This document shows, piece after piece, positions 1 to 8,667 of a DNA stretch of 64,000 bases. Each line of letters starts with the position of its first letter. Position 1 is the stretch's first letter. Source of the DNA: Ignavibacteria bacterium (GTDB lineage: Bacteria; Bacteroidota; Ignavibacteria; UBA10030; SZUA-254); assembly GCA_003235555.1 (NCBI GenBank), contig QJVY01000092.1:17257-81256 (forward strand), written 5' to 3'. The position numbers and the translations under genes were made by a program. Under the pieces are notes generated by a model. The model had not been told where the DNA came from and did not search any database. It saw only the letters and a list, made by a program, of their open reading frames with translations.

Positions 1-1
1 C

Positions 2-409
2 ATCATCGCCTACAGCCACTGTATCGCACACGGCATCAACATGGGGAAGGGAATGACGAACCAGAAGGTCGCCGCCGAGAGCGGGTACTGGCCGCTCTAC
101 CGGTACAACCCCGTCCTCGCCGGGAGGGGCGAAAACCCCCTCCGCCTGGACTCGAAGCCGCCGAAACTCCGGTTCACGGACTTCGCGAACCTGGAGACGC
201 GCTACAAAATGCTGCGCAAGAGCCATCCCGACGCGGCCAGGGACCTGGCGCTCCTGGCCCAGGAGGACATCGACACGCGGTGGTCCGTCCTGGAAGAGAT
301 GGCACGGCCCCGGTCCGGCAACGGGCAGGGGGCGCCCCCCCCGGCCCCCGCACCCGCCGGGCACGATCTGGGCGCCCGGACAGGCGCCGGGGCAACGGAA
401 ACCAACTAA
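2..409 (+). CDS. nifJ: Pyruvate:ferredoxin(flavodoxin) oxidoreductase, C-terminal fragment; the gene starts upstream of the window.
   Basis: Translation ...[32 protein letters not shown] matches the conserved extreme C-terminus of PFOR/NifJ. The frame is open to the window edge. Confidence 0.8.
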   Translation: MIAYSHCIAHGINMGKGMTNQKVAAESGYWPLYRYNPVLAGRGENPLRLDSKPPKLRFTDFANLETRYKMLRKSHPDAARDLALLAQEDIDTRWSVLEEMARPRSGNGQGAPPPAPAPAGHDLGARTGAGATETN

Positions 410-425
410 CCAACCACAGGGACCT

Positions 426-1415
426 ATGGACCTCACGACCTCATATCTCGGGCTGAAACTGAAAAACCCGATCGTCTCCTCCGCGGGACCGCTCTCCCAC
501 TCGCTCGACAGCATGAAAAAACTCGAGGACGCCGGCGCCTCTGCGGTGGTGATGTACTCGCTGTTCGAGGAGCAGATCGCGCACGATTCCGCCGAACTGA
601 ACCACTACCTCTCCTACGGCACTGAGAGCTTCGCCGAATCGCTGACGTACTTCCCCGAGGTGGGCGAGTACAACCTCGGGCCCGAGGAATACGTTGAGCT
701 GGTCCGGAGGGCGAAGGAGGCCCTCTCCATCCCGGTGATCGGGAGCCTCAACGGCATCACCTCCGGCGGGTGGACGGATTACGCGCGGAAGATCCAGCAG
801 GCGGGCGCCGACGCCCTGGAACTGAACGTCTACTACATCTCCACCGATCCCGACATCCCCGCCGCCGAAGTCGAGGACCGCTACGCCGAGGTGCTGCACG
901 CCGTCCGGCGCGCCGTCTCGATACCGGTCGCGATGAAGCTGAGCCCCTACTTCAGCTCCTTCGCAAACATGGCCCGCCGCCTCGACAACGCGGGCGTGAA
1001 CGGCCTGGTGCTCTTCAACCGCTTCTACCAGCCCGACATCGATCTCGAGGAACTGGAGGTCCTGCCCAACGTCATCCTGAGCACCCCGCAGGCCATCAGG
1101 CTCCCGATGCGCTGGGTCGCCATCCTCCACGGCCGGGTGAAGGCGAGCCTCGCCGCCACCAGCGGGATCCACACCGCGGAGGACGTCATCAAGATGCTCA
1201 TGGTCGGCGCCGACGTGACGATGATGTGTTCGGCCCTGCTGCGCCACGGCGCGGGGCACATCACCGAGGTCCTCGGGGAGATGGAACGGTGGATGATCGA
1301 TCACGAATACCTGAGCGTCGCCCAGATGAAGGGGAGCATGAGCCAGAAATCCGTCGCGGACCCGGCGGCCTTCGAGCGGGCCAACTACATGAAAGCCCTC
1401 CAGCGGTACAAATGA
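426..1415 (+). CDS. Dihydroorotate dehydrogenase-like protein (PyrD-like TIM barrel), a common PFOR neighbour.
   Basis: ATG at 426 sits 17 nt after the PFOR stop. The N-terminus [24 protein letters not shown]... and the [13 protein letters not shown] region are typical of the DHOD-like family. Confidence 0.75.
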   Translation: MDLTTSYLGLKLKNPIVSSAGPLSHSLDSMKKLEDAGASAVVMYSLFEEQIAHDSAELNHYLSYGTESFAESLTYFPEVGEYNLGPEEYVELVRRAKEALSIPVIGSLNGITSGGWTDYARKIQQAGADALELNVYYISTDPDIPAAEVEDRYAEVLHAVRRAVSIPVAMKLSPYFSSFANMARRLDNAGVNGLVLFNRFYQPDIDLEELEVLPNVILSTPQAIRLPMRWVAILHGRVKASLAATSGIHTAEDVIKMLMVGADVTMMCSALLRHGAGHITEVLGEMERWMIDHEYLSVAQMKGSMSQKSVADPAAFERANYMKALQRYK

Positions 1416-1446
1416 TCAGTCACGCAACCATCATGACAACAACGCG

Positions 1447-2676
1447 ATGTTCTTCAGGGAAACCATTCACAGGGGCGGGCCGCTGACCGGATCCGGCCCG
1501 GTCACACACAGCGGCAGCGGAGCGGAAACGACCGGTCCGAATCCCCGGATAATCCGGAAAATCAAAAAACTCCCCCGGCACCTCCGCAAACCCCGGATCG
1601 ACTTCCGGGCCGAAACGGATTTCCTCAAACGCACCCTCCTGCGGCTCAGGTACGATTCGCAGTTCCTCCGGACGACAATCCAGATGGCCTTCCTTCTCCT
1701 CTGCGTCTGGATCGGCATGGAGTTCGCGCTTTTCGTGGCCTGGGGGGAGAGCGGCGGCTCGGCGGGCTTCACCGCCCGGCCCCCGGGCGTGGAGGGGTTC
1801 CTCCCGATCAGCGCGCTGATCTCCCTCGGCTACTGGCTGCGGACCGGTTTCATCAACGGCATCCACCCCTCGGGGCTCTTCATCTTCCTCGCCGTCGTCG
1901 CCCTGGGTTTTTTTCTGAAGAAATCATTCTGCAGCTGGATGTGCCCGGTGGGGACGGTGAGCGAATCCCTCTGGAAACTCGGAGAGAAAATTTTCGGCCG
2001 GAACCTGAAGCTGAACCGATGGATCGACTACCCGCTCCGGGCGGTCAAGTATCTCCTCCTGCTCTTTTTTCTCTGGTCCGTCGGCACGATGGACACGGCC
2101 TCCCTGAAGGCGTTCATCTACAGCCCGTACAACAAGATGGCCGACGTGAAGATGTATTATTTCTTCGCGCACATCGGAGAATTCGCCCTCTGGACGCTCG
2201 GGATCCTCGTCGTCCTCTCCGTCGTGATCAGGAATTTCTGGTGCCGCTACCTCTGCCCCTACGGCGCCCTCCTCGGGATCACCGGATGGTTCTCACCCGT
2301 GAAAATCACCCGGAACTCTTCGACCTGCATCGACTGCGAACTCTGCACGAAGGCCTGCCCCTCCTCGATCCGGGTCCACGCGTCAAACCGCGTCTTCAGT
2401 GACGAGTGCAGCGGGTGCCTGGACTGCGTCGACGCCTGCCCGGTGAAGGACACGCTCGGGATGAAGAGCGCGCACTCCGACCGCTACGTGCGCAACTGGG
2501 CGTTCGGTCTGCTGGTGGTCGGCCTGTTCGCGGGGATCACCGGCCTTGCGATGCTCGCCGGCCGCTGGGAGAACGACATGTCGAAGGAGGAATACCTTTT
2601 TCGTTTCCGGAACATCGACTCGCCGCTCTACGAACACGCGCGCGGTCAGGTACCCGAGTATGGACCGAACGACTGA
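1447..2676 (+). CDS. NapH/MauN/NosR-type membrane polyferredoxin (4Fe-4S binding, quinol-dehydrogenase family).
   Basis: Four to five predicted TM helices. Two membrane CxxCP motifs (CSWMCPVG, CRYLCPYG). Two ferredoxin motifs (CIDCELCTKACP, CSGCLDCVDACP). The first 79 codons are low-complexity, so the likely true start is the ATG at 1684 (MAFLLLCVW...). Confidence 0.7.
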   Translation: MFFRETIHRGGPLTGSGPVTHSGSGAETTGPNPRIIRKIKKLPRHLRKPRIDFRAETDFLKRTLLRLRYDSQFLRTTIQMAFLLLCVWIGMEFALFVAWGESGGSAGFTARPPGVEGFLPISALISLGYWLRTGFINGIHPSGLFIFLAVVALGFFLKKSFCSWMCPVGTVSESLWKLGEKIFGRNLKLNRWIDYPLRAVKYLLLLFFLWSVGTMDTASLKAFIYSPYNKMADVKMYYFFAHIGEFALWTLGILVVLSVVIRNFWCRYLCPYGALLGITGWFSPVKITRNSSTCIDCELCTKACPSSIRVHASNRVFSDECSGCLDCVDACPVKDTLGMKSAHSDRYVRNWAFGLLVVGLFAGITGLAMLAGRWENDMSKEEYLFRFRNIDSPLYEHARGQVPEYGPND

Positions 2677-3499
2677 GGCGGGGGGGCCGAGCGGACCCGC
2701 CGGCAGAACATCCCGTGCATCAGGACGCGACGGCGGTCCCGGCGCCCCCGATGAAATCCGGCGCTTCTACGACGGCCTCGCGCCCGATTACGACCGCATG
2801 ACTGACTTTCAGGCCCGCCTCGGGAGGGACGCTCCCGTTTTCTCCGCGATCGTCCGGCGGTTCGGGATCGGCCGGGCGCTCGACGCCGGCTGCGGCACCG
2901 GGTTCCATGCGATCCTTCTCGCCCGGGCGGGGGTGGAGGTCACCGGGATTGACCTATCAGCGGAAATGGTCCTTCGCGCCGTGGAGAACGCATCCCGTGC
3001 CGGCGTCACGATCCGGTTCTTTCAGTCGATGCTCCAGGAACCCGGAGGGCTGATCCGGCCCGCCGGGGGAGATACCTACGACGCCGTTTTCTGCCTCGGA
3101 AACACACTCGCGCACATGCCCGACGACGGGGCCCTGGATGCGACGCTGGAAAATTTTCGGGGGGTGTTGCGGCCGGGGGGATCGCTGATCGTCCAGTTGC
3201 TGAACTACGAGAAAATTCTCGCCGCGCGGAAAGAAACGCTCAACACCCGGAAGGTGGGAGACACGACGTTTGAAAGAACCTATGCGTACGGGGAGGAAAA
3301 CATCACGTTCACCGTTTCGATGACCGGACCGGAACGAAGCCGATCCGGTTCGGTCACACTCCGTCCCCTGACGCGGCCCCTTCTCATCGGTGCCCTCCGC
3401 CGCAGCGGTTTCCGTGACGTCCGGTCGTCCGGGAGCCTCCTTCTCGCGCCCTACGACCCGGGCGCCTCCCCCGACCTCGTGACGGTCGCCGTCCGCTGA
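2660..3499 (+). CDS. Class I SAM-dependent methyltransferase.
   Basis: SAM-binding motif LDAGCGTGFHAILLA and methyltransferase post-I/II motifs. Start chosen at the in-frame ATG 2660 (MDRTTEAG...), which overlaps the upstream gene by 17 nt. The ORF track lists 2546. Confidence 0.7.
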   Translation: MDRTTEAGGPSGPAGRTSRASGRDGGPGAPDEIRRFYDGLAPDYDRMTDFQARLGRDAPVFSAIVRRFGIGRALDAGCGTGFHAILLARAGVEVTGIDLSAEMVLRAVENASRAGVTIRFFQSMLQEPGGLIRPAGGDTYDAVFCLGNTLAHMPDDGALDATLENFRGVLRPGGSLIVQLLNYEKILAARKETLNTRKVGDTTFERTYAYGEENITFTVSMTGPERSRSGSVTLRPLTRPLLIGALRRSGFRDVRSSGSLLLAPYDPGASPDLVTVAVR

Positions 3500-3535
3500 A
3501 CCGTGCGGCGCCGGGGCGCCCGGAGGGTTTGCGGT

Positions 3536-4462
3536 TTACTCCCCCGGGTGCGTGCCGGAATGCTCGCTCATGATCACCCCGAGGGCGATGGAGAGGAGTT
3601 TCGCGTCGCTCTTGTCGGAGCGGGAGGGGATGAGCACCGGGATCCTCCCCCCGACGATCACGTGCGCGAGGCGCAGCCCTCCGAAATACGTCGTGCTCTT
3701 CGCCAGGCTGTTCGCCGATTCGATGTTGGCGGCCACGAGGATCTCCGCGCGGCCGGCAATCGGGGATTTGATCCCCTTCTCTTCGGCCGCCTCGACCGAA
3801 ATGGCGTTGTCGAGCGCCAGCGGCCCGTCGACGATGCATCCCCTGATCTGGCCCCGTTCGTTCATTTTGGAGAGCGCCGCCGCGTCGAGCGTGGACTGCA
3901 GGTTCGGCATGACGAACTCCGTCGCCGAGAGGACGGCCACCCTGGGATTGTCGTTCCCGAGCGCGTGCGCGACCTCCACGGCGTTCCGGATCAGTTCCAT
4001 CTTGTTTTTGAGATCGGGCGACATGGTCATGCCGCCGTCGGTGATCATGATGAACTTGTTGTCCGGGCGTTCGGGGAACTCCAGGAGAAAAATGTCCGAC
4101 AGGAGCCTTCCAGTCCGGACCCCGGTCCCCTCTTTCAGCACCGCCTTCATCATCGAGGAGGTGTCGATGCCACCCTTCATCAGGATGTCCGCCCGCCCGG
4201 CGCTCACGAGTTCGAGGGATTTCCCGAGGGCCGGGACCGCGCCTTCGATGTCGAAAATCTCGATGTCGGCCTCCCCCGATGCACCCGGCATGAATTTTTC
4301 TATCACGGCTTTTTCCCCGACCAGGAGGAACGAGGCGATGCCGTGTTCCCGGGCCCTGCGGACCGCCTCGAAGGTTTCCTCGTTGTTCGGGAAGACCACC
4401 AGCACCTTTTTTTTGCCGGACGCCCGCGCCGCGGTGAGCAGCGCCTCGAAATTCATGATCAT
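3536..4462 (-). CDS. ptb: Phosphate butyryltransferase / phosphotransacylase.
   Basis: 308 aa with Pta/Ptb family signatures (VVFPNNEE..., DGPLALDNAIS, ILVAANIESANSLAKS). Its start abuts the buk stop. Confidence 0.85.
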   Translation of the reverse strand: MIMNFEALLTAARASGKKKVLVVFPNNEETFEAVRRAREHGIASFLLVGEKAVIEKFMPGASGEADIEIFDIEGAVPALGKSLELVSAGRADILMKGGIDTSSMMKAVLKEGTGVRTGRLLSDIFLLEFPERPDNKFIMITDGGMTMSPDLKNKMELIRNAVEVAHALGNDNPRVAVLSATEFVMPNLQSTLDAAALSKMNERGQIRGCIVDGPLALDNAISVEAAEEKGIKSPIAGRAEILVAANIESANSLAKSTTYFGGLRLAHVIVGGRIPVLIPSRSDKSDAKLLSIALGVIMSEHSGTHPGE

Positions 4463-5560
4463 CTAATACTCCCTTTCTTGTTCTTCACCGGCCAGGACGC
4501 GCAAAGCGCCACCGGCAAGCGCCTCCATTTCCATCTCGCCGGGGTAGACGAGGACCTTCGCCAGGTACTTCACCCGGTCGGAGACCCAGCGGGTGAGCAT
4601 CTGCGACGACGCGAGACCGCCGGTGAGGATGACCCCGTCGACAAGGCCCCGCAAAACGGTCGCCATCGCCCCGATTTCCTTCGCGATCTGGTACCCCATC
4701 GCCCCGTACACCTCCGCCGCCCGGACGTCCCCCGTCGCAATCCGGGATTCGACCTCGACCGAATCGTTCGTGCCGAGGTAGGCCACCAGGCCCCCCGCGC
4801 CCATCACCATGCCCCGGAGTTCCTTTTCGGTGTACGCTCCCGAGACGCACAGTCCGATGAACTCCTGCAGGGGAAGCCCGCCCGAGCGTTCCGGTGAAAA
4901 CGGCCCGTCGCTCGCGGCGTCGTTGACGTCGATGATCCGCCCCCCGCGGACGGGCGCCACCGAGATCCCTCCCCCCATGTGGGCCACCACGAAAGAGGAA
5001 TGCGTGTGCGGGATCTTCAGGTCACGGGAGGCCGTCCGCGCGACCGCGTGGATATTGAGGACGTGGGCAAGGCTGGAACGGGAGATGAGCGGGTGTCCGG
5101 AGTATCGTGCCGGCGGTTCGAATTCGTCCACCGAAACGGGGTCGACGACGAAGGCGGGACAGTCGTACTCATCGGCGAGGGATCGGGCGATGAGGCACCC
5201 CAGGTTCGAGGCGTGTGCGCCCCTTTCACCGGCCCTGGCGTCGGCGCACATGGCCGCGTTCACCCTGTACGTCCCCCCCCCGACCGGCCTGAAGAGCCCC
5301 CCCGGGGCGACGACCGCGTCGCACGTCCGGGCCCGTTCCCGGAACCACGCGCGGGCTGCGCCGAGCCGAAGCTCCAGCTGGCCGGGGACGCTCCCGCACG
5401 CCGCGAGCTCCTCCGCGGAGTACCGGATCACCTCCCTCTGCGTGAACGCGTGCCTGTCGAATATTCCCAGCTTCGTCGAGGTCGAACCGGGATTCACCAC
5501 CAGCAGACTGAAGTCCCGCCGGAGGGGGTCTTGAGGATCCGCGACGGCGGGATGTTTCAT
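4463..5560 (-). CDS. buk: Butyrate kinase (acetate/butyrate kinase family).
   Basis: N-terminal LVVNPGSTSTKLGIF phosphate-1 motif and HMGGGISVAPV motif. 365 aa. Confidence 0.85.
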   Translation of the reverse strand: MKHPAVADPQDPLRRDFSLLVVNPGSTSTKLGIFDRHAFTQREVIRYSAEELAACGSVPGQLELRLGAARAWFRERARTCDAVVAPGGLFRPVGGGTYRVNAAMCADARAGERGAHASNLGCLIARSLADEYDCPAFVVDPVSVDEFEPPARYSGHPLISRSSLAHVLNIHAVARTASRDLKIPHTHSSFVVAHMGGGISVAPVRGGRIIDVNDAASDGPFSPERSGGLPLQEFIGLCVSGAYTEKELRGMVMGAGGLVAYLGTNDSVEVESRIATGDVRAAEVYGAMGYQIAKEIGAMATVLRGLVDGVILTGGLASSQMLTRWVSDRVKYLAKVLVYPGEMEMEALAGGALRVLAGEEQEREY

Positions 5561-5563
5561 CGG

Positions 5564-5806
5564 TCAGGAGGGGTTGACGAGTTCCCCGTCGCTCTTGATG
5601 CAGTCCATCGGGCAGACCGAGATCGCCTTCAGGATGTCGTCCTCCTCGCGCTGGTCGGCGGGCTGCTCGAGAACGTAATAGTACGACGAATCGCCCGCGT
5701 ACATGAAATTCTGCAGGGCGTACGCGAAACAGAGGCCGCAGCCGTTGCAGTCATCCGTGACGTAGTATTTTCCGGGGGTGTTGTCTTCAAGTTTCTGTGC
5801 TGCCAT
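5564..5806 (-). CDS. Small 4Fe-4S ferredoxin.
   Basis: 80 aa with CNGCGLC....CP cluster-binding motifs. It lies 4 nt upstream of buk. Confidence 0.65.
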   Translation of the reverse strand: MAAQKLEDNTPGKYYVTDDCNGCGLCFAYALQNFMYAGDSSYYYVLEQPADQREEDDILKAISVCPMDCIKSDGELVNPS

Positions 5807-5838
5807 GGGTTTCTCCTGGTGATCGGTGCTGTGGTGTA

Positions 5839-6357
5839 TTAATTATCGTGAATACCGGGGTTCTTTCCCCGCGATTTCTGTCTGATGAACGGCGCGAGGA
5901 CGTCACCCTCATGGATGATGTGCCTCCGCAGGACCGTGACGAGTTCCCGAATCGTACGGAGGAGGTCTCCCACCGAGCTGCCGTGGATGCGTCCCCCCTC
6001 GATGTCGCGGATGGTCGAGTGCAGTGTGCCGAGCAGCCCCCGTGTGGTGCGATGTTCTTCGCTGAACGACCTGGCGAGGGCGGGATCGATTTTCCGGAGT
6101 TCGGGGAAGAGGAGGTCCTCCTCCAGTTCTTCATGCCGCCGGAACATCTCGTCCAGTGTCGCGCCGACCGAGGAGATCGTATCGAACGAACGGGCCGTGA
6201 AACCCCGTTCGTGGATTGAACGGGCGGCTTCTTCCAGTTCCCTGATCGTTCCGAGGGTGGCGTCCCGGTCCCGTTCGAGGGCAAGCAGCGATCTGCTCCC
6301 TTTCCCGCCCCGGGGCTTCTCGAGGATGGGGACCGTATTTTTCGGCTGGCGGGGCAT
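5839..6357 (-). CDS. Hemerythrin-like (HHE cation-binding) domain protein.
   Basis: Repeated H...HxxxE spacing (HEELE, HIIHE) in a 172-aa acidic helical protein. Moderate confidence. Confidence 0.5.
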   Translation of the reverse strand: MPRQPKNTVPILEKPRGGKGSRSLLALERDRDATLGTIRELEEAARSIHERGFTARSFDTISSVGATLDEMFRRHEELEEDLLFPELRKIDPALARSFSEEHRTTRGLLGTLHSTIRDIEGGRIHGSSVGDLLRTIRELVTVLRRHIIHEGDVLAPFIRQKSRGKNPGIHDN

Positions 6358-6413
6358 AAGTACCGAAGAGAGTGCAACGGGCGTGCCAGTCCCGTCCGGG
6401 GGGCGAACGAACG

Positions 6414-6449
6414 AAAAAAGCCGTCGTTCGGCTGAACGACGGCTTTTGA
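6414..6449 (-). terminator. Rho-independent terminator of the porin-cytochrome operon; the hairpin is bidirectional.
   Basis: AAAAAAGCCGTCGTTC-ggct-GAACGACGGCTTTT: an 11-bp perfect stem with A-tract and T-tract flanks, about 130 nt after the stop of the cytochrome gene ending at 6577. Confidence 0.6.
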
Positions 6450-6576
6450 GAATCCTGAAACCGGCCTGAATGGTTACTTTTTCAAGTGTGAAAATCCGGG
6501 CGGGAGTGGGCTTTCACTTGTGAGAATCAGCCCCGAATCGCATCACTTCCGGAGGGGATGTGACCGCCGGCCCCGG

Positions 6577-7458
6577 TCAGAAAGGCCGCTCATAGTCAAA
6601 CGCGTTGATCTTGCCATTCATGTGGAGCGACTTGTCCGCAATCTTGCCCTGCGCGTCCACCACGCCGAGGTGGCAGTTACCGCAGGTGGTGAGCAATGCC
6701 GGCATGTGGCCGGCCGGGGGCAGCCCGTGGCAGCTGCCGCACGCCGCTTCCGCCGATCCGCCGGTCCAGACCGGGGTGGCGTTCGATCCGGTGATAAATG
6801 CTGATGTGTAGGCAAATTGCCTCGGAGAGGTCGCGCTGTCGGCCCTCCAGTTCCCGTGGCAGTAGGTGTCCGAACAGGTCAGGGCGGTGTAATCATGCGA
6901 GGGAGAGGGAACGATCCCGGCGCTGGCCGTGCGCGCCCGCGGTCCGTTCAGCGGGACCTCCGCCGGAAGGTCGGAGTCCACGTGGCCGGCCGCGTAGACC
7001 GACGTCGGCACGGTGTGGCACTCGTAACACCAGACGATCGAGGAGAGGTTTCCCCCCTGTACGTGCTTCTGGTGCGCGCCCACACCCGCTGCGGCGGTGG
7101 CGGTGTTGCCGGCGAGGTCCTCCGGCGGCGCGGGTGAGTTGGGTCCGCCGTGGCAGGTGGCGCAATTTTCAGGACCTCCTCCGTCCGTGTGGCACGTGCG
7201 GCAGGACACTTCCGCGACCCCGCCGGAGTAGTCGCTCCCGTGGCAGGTCCGGCACGACCGCATGTCCCACGAATCGGCCATGATGGCTTTCCCGTGGAAA
7301 TTCGCCGAGGAAGGGTTCGTCCAGCCCTCGGCGTGCACCGCGATCGCGGGGTTCGTTCCCGCGGGAAGTTTGTCCTTCAGCTCGGCGCACCCGCCGAACA
7401 TGGCCAGGGAGAGGACGGCCGCACTCAGCACCGGAACCAATGTAAGCTGTTTTTTCAT
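6577..7458 (-). CDS. Multiheme c-type cytochrome lipoprotein (6-7 hemes).
   Basis: Signal peptide with a lipobox-like LAMFGGC. CxxCH motifs CRTCH x2, CATCH, CYECH, CGSCH and CGNCH, plus one CX4CH (CSDTYCH). Confidence 0.85.
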   Translation of the reverse strand: MKKQLTLVPVLSAAVLSLAMFGGCAELKDKLPAGTNPAIAVHAEGWTNPSSANFHGKAIMADSWDMRSCRTCHGSDYSGGVAEVSCRTCHTDGGGPENCATCHGGPNSPAPPEDLAGNTATAAAGVGAHQKHVQGGNLSSIVWCYECHTVPTSVYAAGHVDSDLPAEVPLNGPRARTASAGIVPSPSHDYTALTCSDTYCHGNWRADSATSPRQFAYTSAFITGSNATPVWTGGSAEAACGSCHGLPPAGHMPALLTTCGNCHLGVVDAQGKIADKSLHMNGKINAFDYERPF

Positions 7459-7497
7459 CTGGATCGACTCATGCCCTTGATAATCGCCCTACCCCGC

Positions 7498-8613
7498 TCA
7501 GGGTTTCCGCAGCTCCTCAAGTGAGCTCGCGAGCAGCTCCCGCGCGTACTTGGTGTTATGGATCCCTTCGCTCAGATCGTGTTCGATGAAGAAATAATTG
7601 TACAGCGCTCCCGCCTTCACCGCCGGTGTGATCAGCAGTGGCGATGACGAACTCGCGTTGACGCTGCCGCCGGCGGTGATCCACCCCCGGCTCAGCAGCT
7701 CGTCGTGCAGAGCGTCGAGCGAGTCCTCGATGCCCTGCTGGACGAGGTGCATGTCGTCGGCGGAGAAGGACGAGGGGTGGCACCCGGACTGCAGGCAGCC
7801 GGTCAGGAGGGGAACTTCCCCTCCCCCCTCAACTTCGTAGTGGATGTTCATCGTGTGGCCGCCGGCTTTGCCCGTCCCCTGCGCGGGTGGGTACGACTGT
7901 TCGGCCATGTGGCAGGTGGGGCATCCCTCCTGCATGATGACCGCGTTGGTGGTGTGATTCGAGTTCCCCGTGTACGTGTATCCGGGGAACTGGTATCCGC
8001 CGTTGCCCGAGAGCATCTGGCTCTGGACGCCGTAGTGCGAATACCACCGGCTGCTCGTGATGCGGAGGGTGTCCGTCGCTCCGGGGTTCGAGGGCATCTT
8101 CGGCGACGTCGACCGGGGCATGTGGCACTGGGCGCAGAGGTTGCCCTTCCCGTAGTCGAATGTGGCGTCGGGCACGCCGTCGATATTTGAGAGCAGCGTC
8201 ACCGGTGTCGCCTTGCGGAGCGTGAAATTTCCCCTCGAATGCGGTGAATGGCAGGCGAAGCATCCCGGGGGGCTCGGGACGTACTGGTTGGTGACGGTTT
8301 CCCCGTTCATCCGCTGCACGAAACCCTCCGATGTATGGCACCCGGCGCACGACGACCCGTTGCGCTCGCTGTCTCCGCCGTTGGCGTGTTTCGACTGCGC
8401 CCACTGGTAGGCCCGTCCTGCGATGAAATAGGTGGTATCCACATCGGGGTTATGGCAGCTGGCGCATTGTATGCCCTCGGCGAATCCCTCGAAGGCATCG
8501 GATCCGGCTCCCGGCGGACCCTGCGGCCCCGGGTCGCCCTTGCAGCCCGTCATCAGGAATGACACAATCGCCGTGATCGTCAGCGCGAGTGATAGCGTTC
8601 GCATCCTGTTCAT
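7498..8613 (-). CDS. Multiheme c-type cytochrome lipoprotein (5-6 hemes).
   Basis: Signal peptide with lipobox LMTGC. CASCH, CAGCH, CFACH, CAQCH and CPTCH, plus CX4CH (CLQSGCH). Confidence 0.85.
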   Translation of the reverse strand: MNRMRTLSLALTITAIVSFLMTGCKGDPGPQGPPGAGSDAFEGFAEGIQCASCHNPDVDTTYFIAGRAYQWAQSKHANGGDSERNGSSCAGCHTSEGFVQRMNGETVTNQYVPSPPGCFACHSPHSRGNFTLRKATPVTLLSNIDGVPDATFDYGKGNLCAQCHMPRSTSPKMPSNPGATDTLRITSSRWYSHYGVQSQMLSGNGGYQFPGYTYTGNSNHTTNAVIMQEGCPTCHMAEQSYPPAQGTGKAGGHTMNIHYEVEGGGEVPLLTGCLQSGCHPSSFSADDMHLVQQGIEDSLDALHDELLSRGWITAGGSVNASSSSPLLITPAVKAGALYNYFFIEHDLSEGIHNTKYARELLASSLEELRKP

Positions 8614-8667
8614 CGTACTCTTCTCCTCATGATAAAAATTTTCCGAAATCCTGTCCGCGGCCCGCGC

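Noticed and set aside
3500-3535. GC palindrome GGCGCC-GG-GGCGCC between convergent methyltransferase and ptb genes.
   Set aside because: No U-tract in either orientation and a very tight loop. It may still aid termination but cannot be supported as an intrinsic terminator.
3503-4897. 464-aa plus-strand ORF overlapping ptb and buk.
   Set aside because: Antisense to two strongly supported genes. Arg/Gly/Pro/Asp-rich low-complexity translation typical of GC-rich antisense frames.
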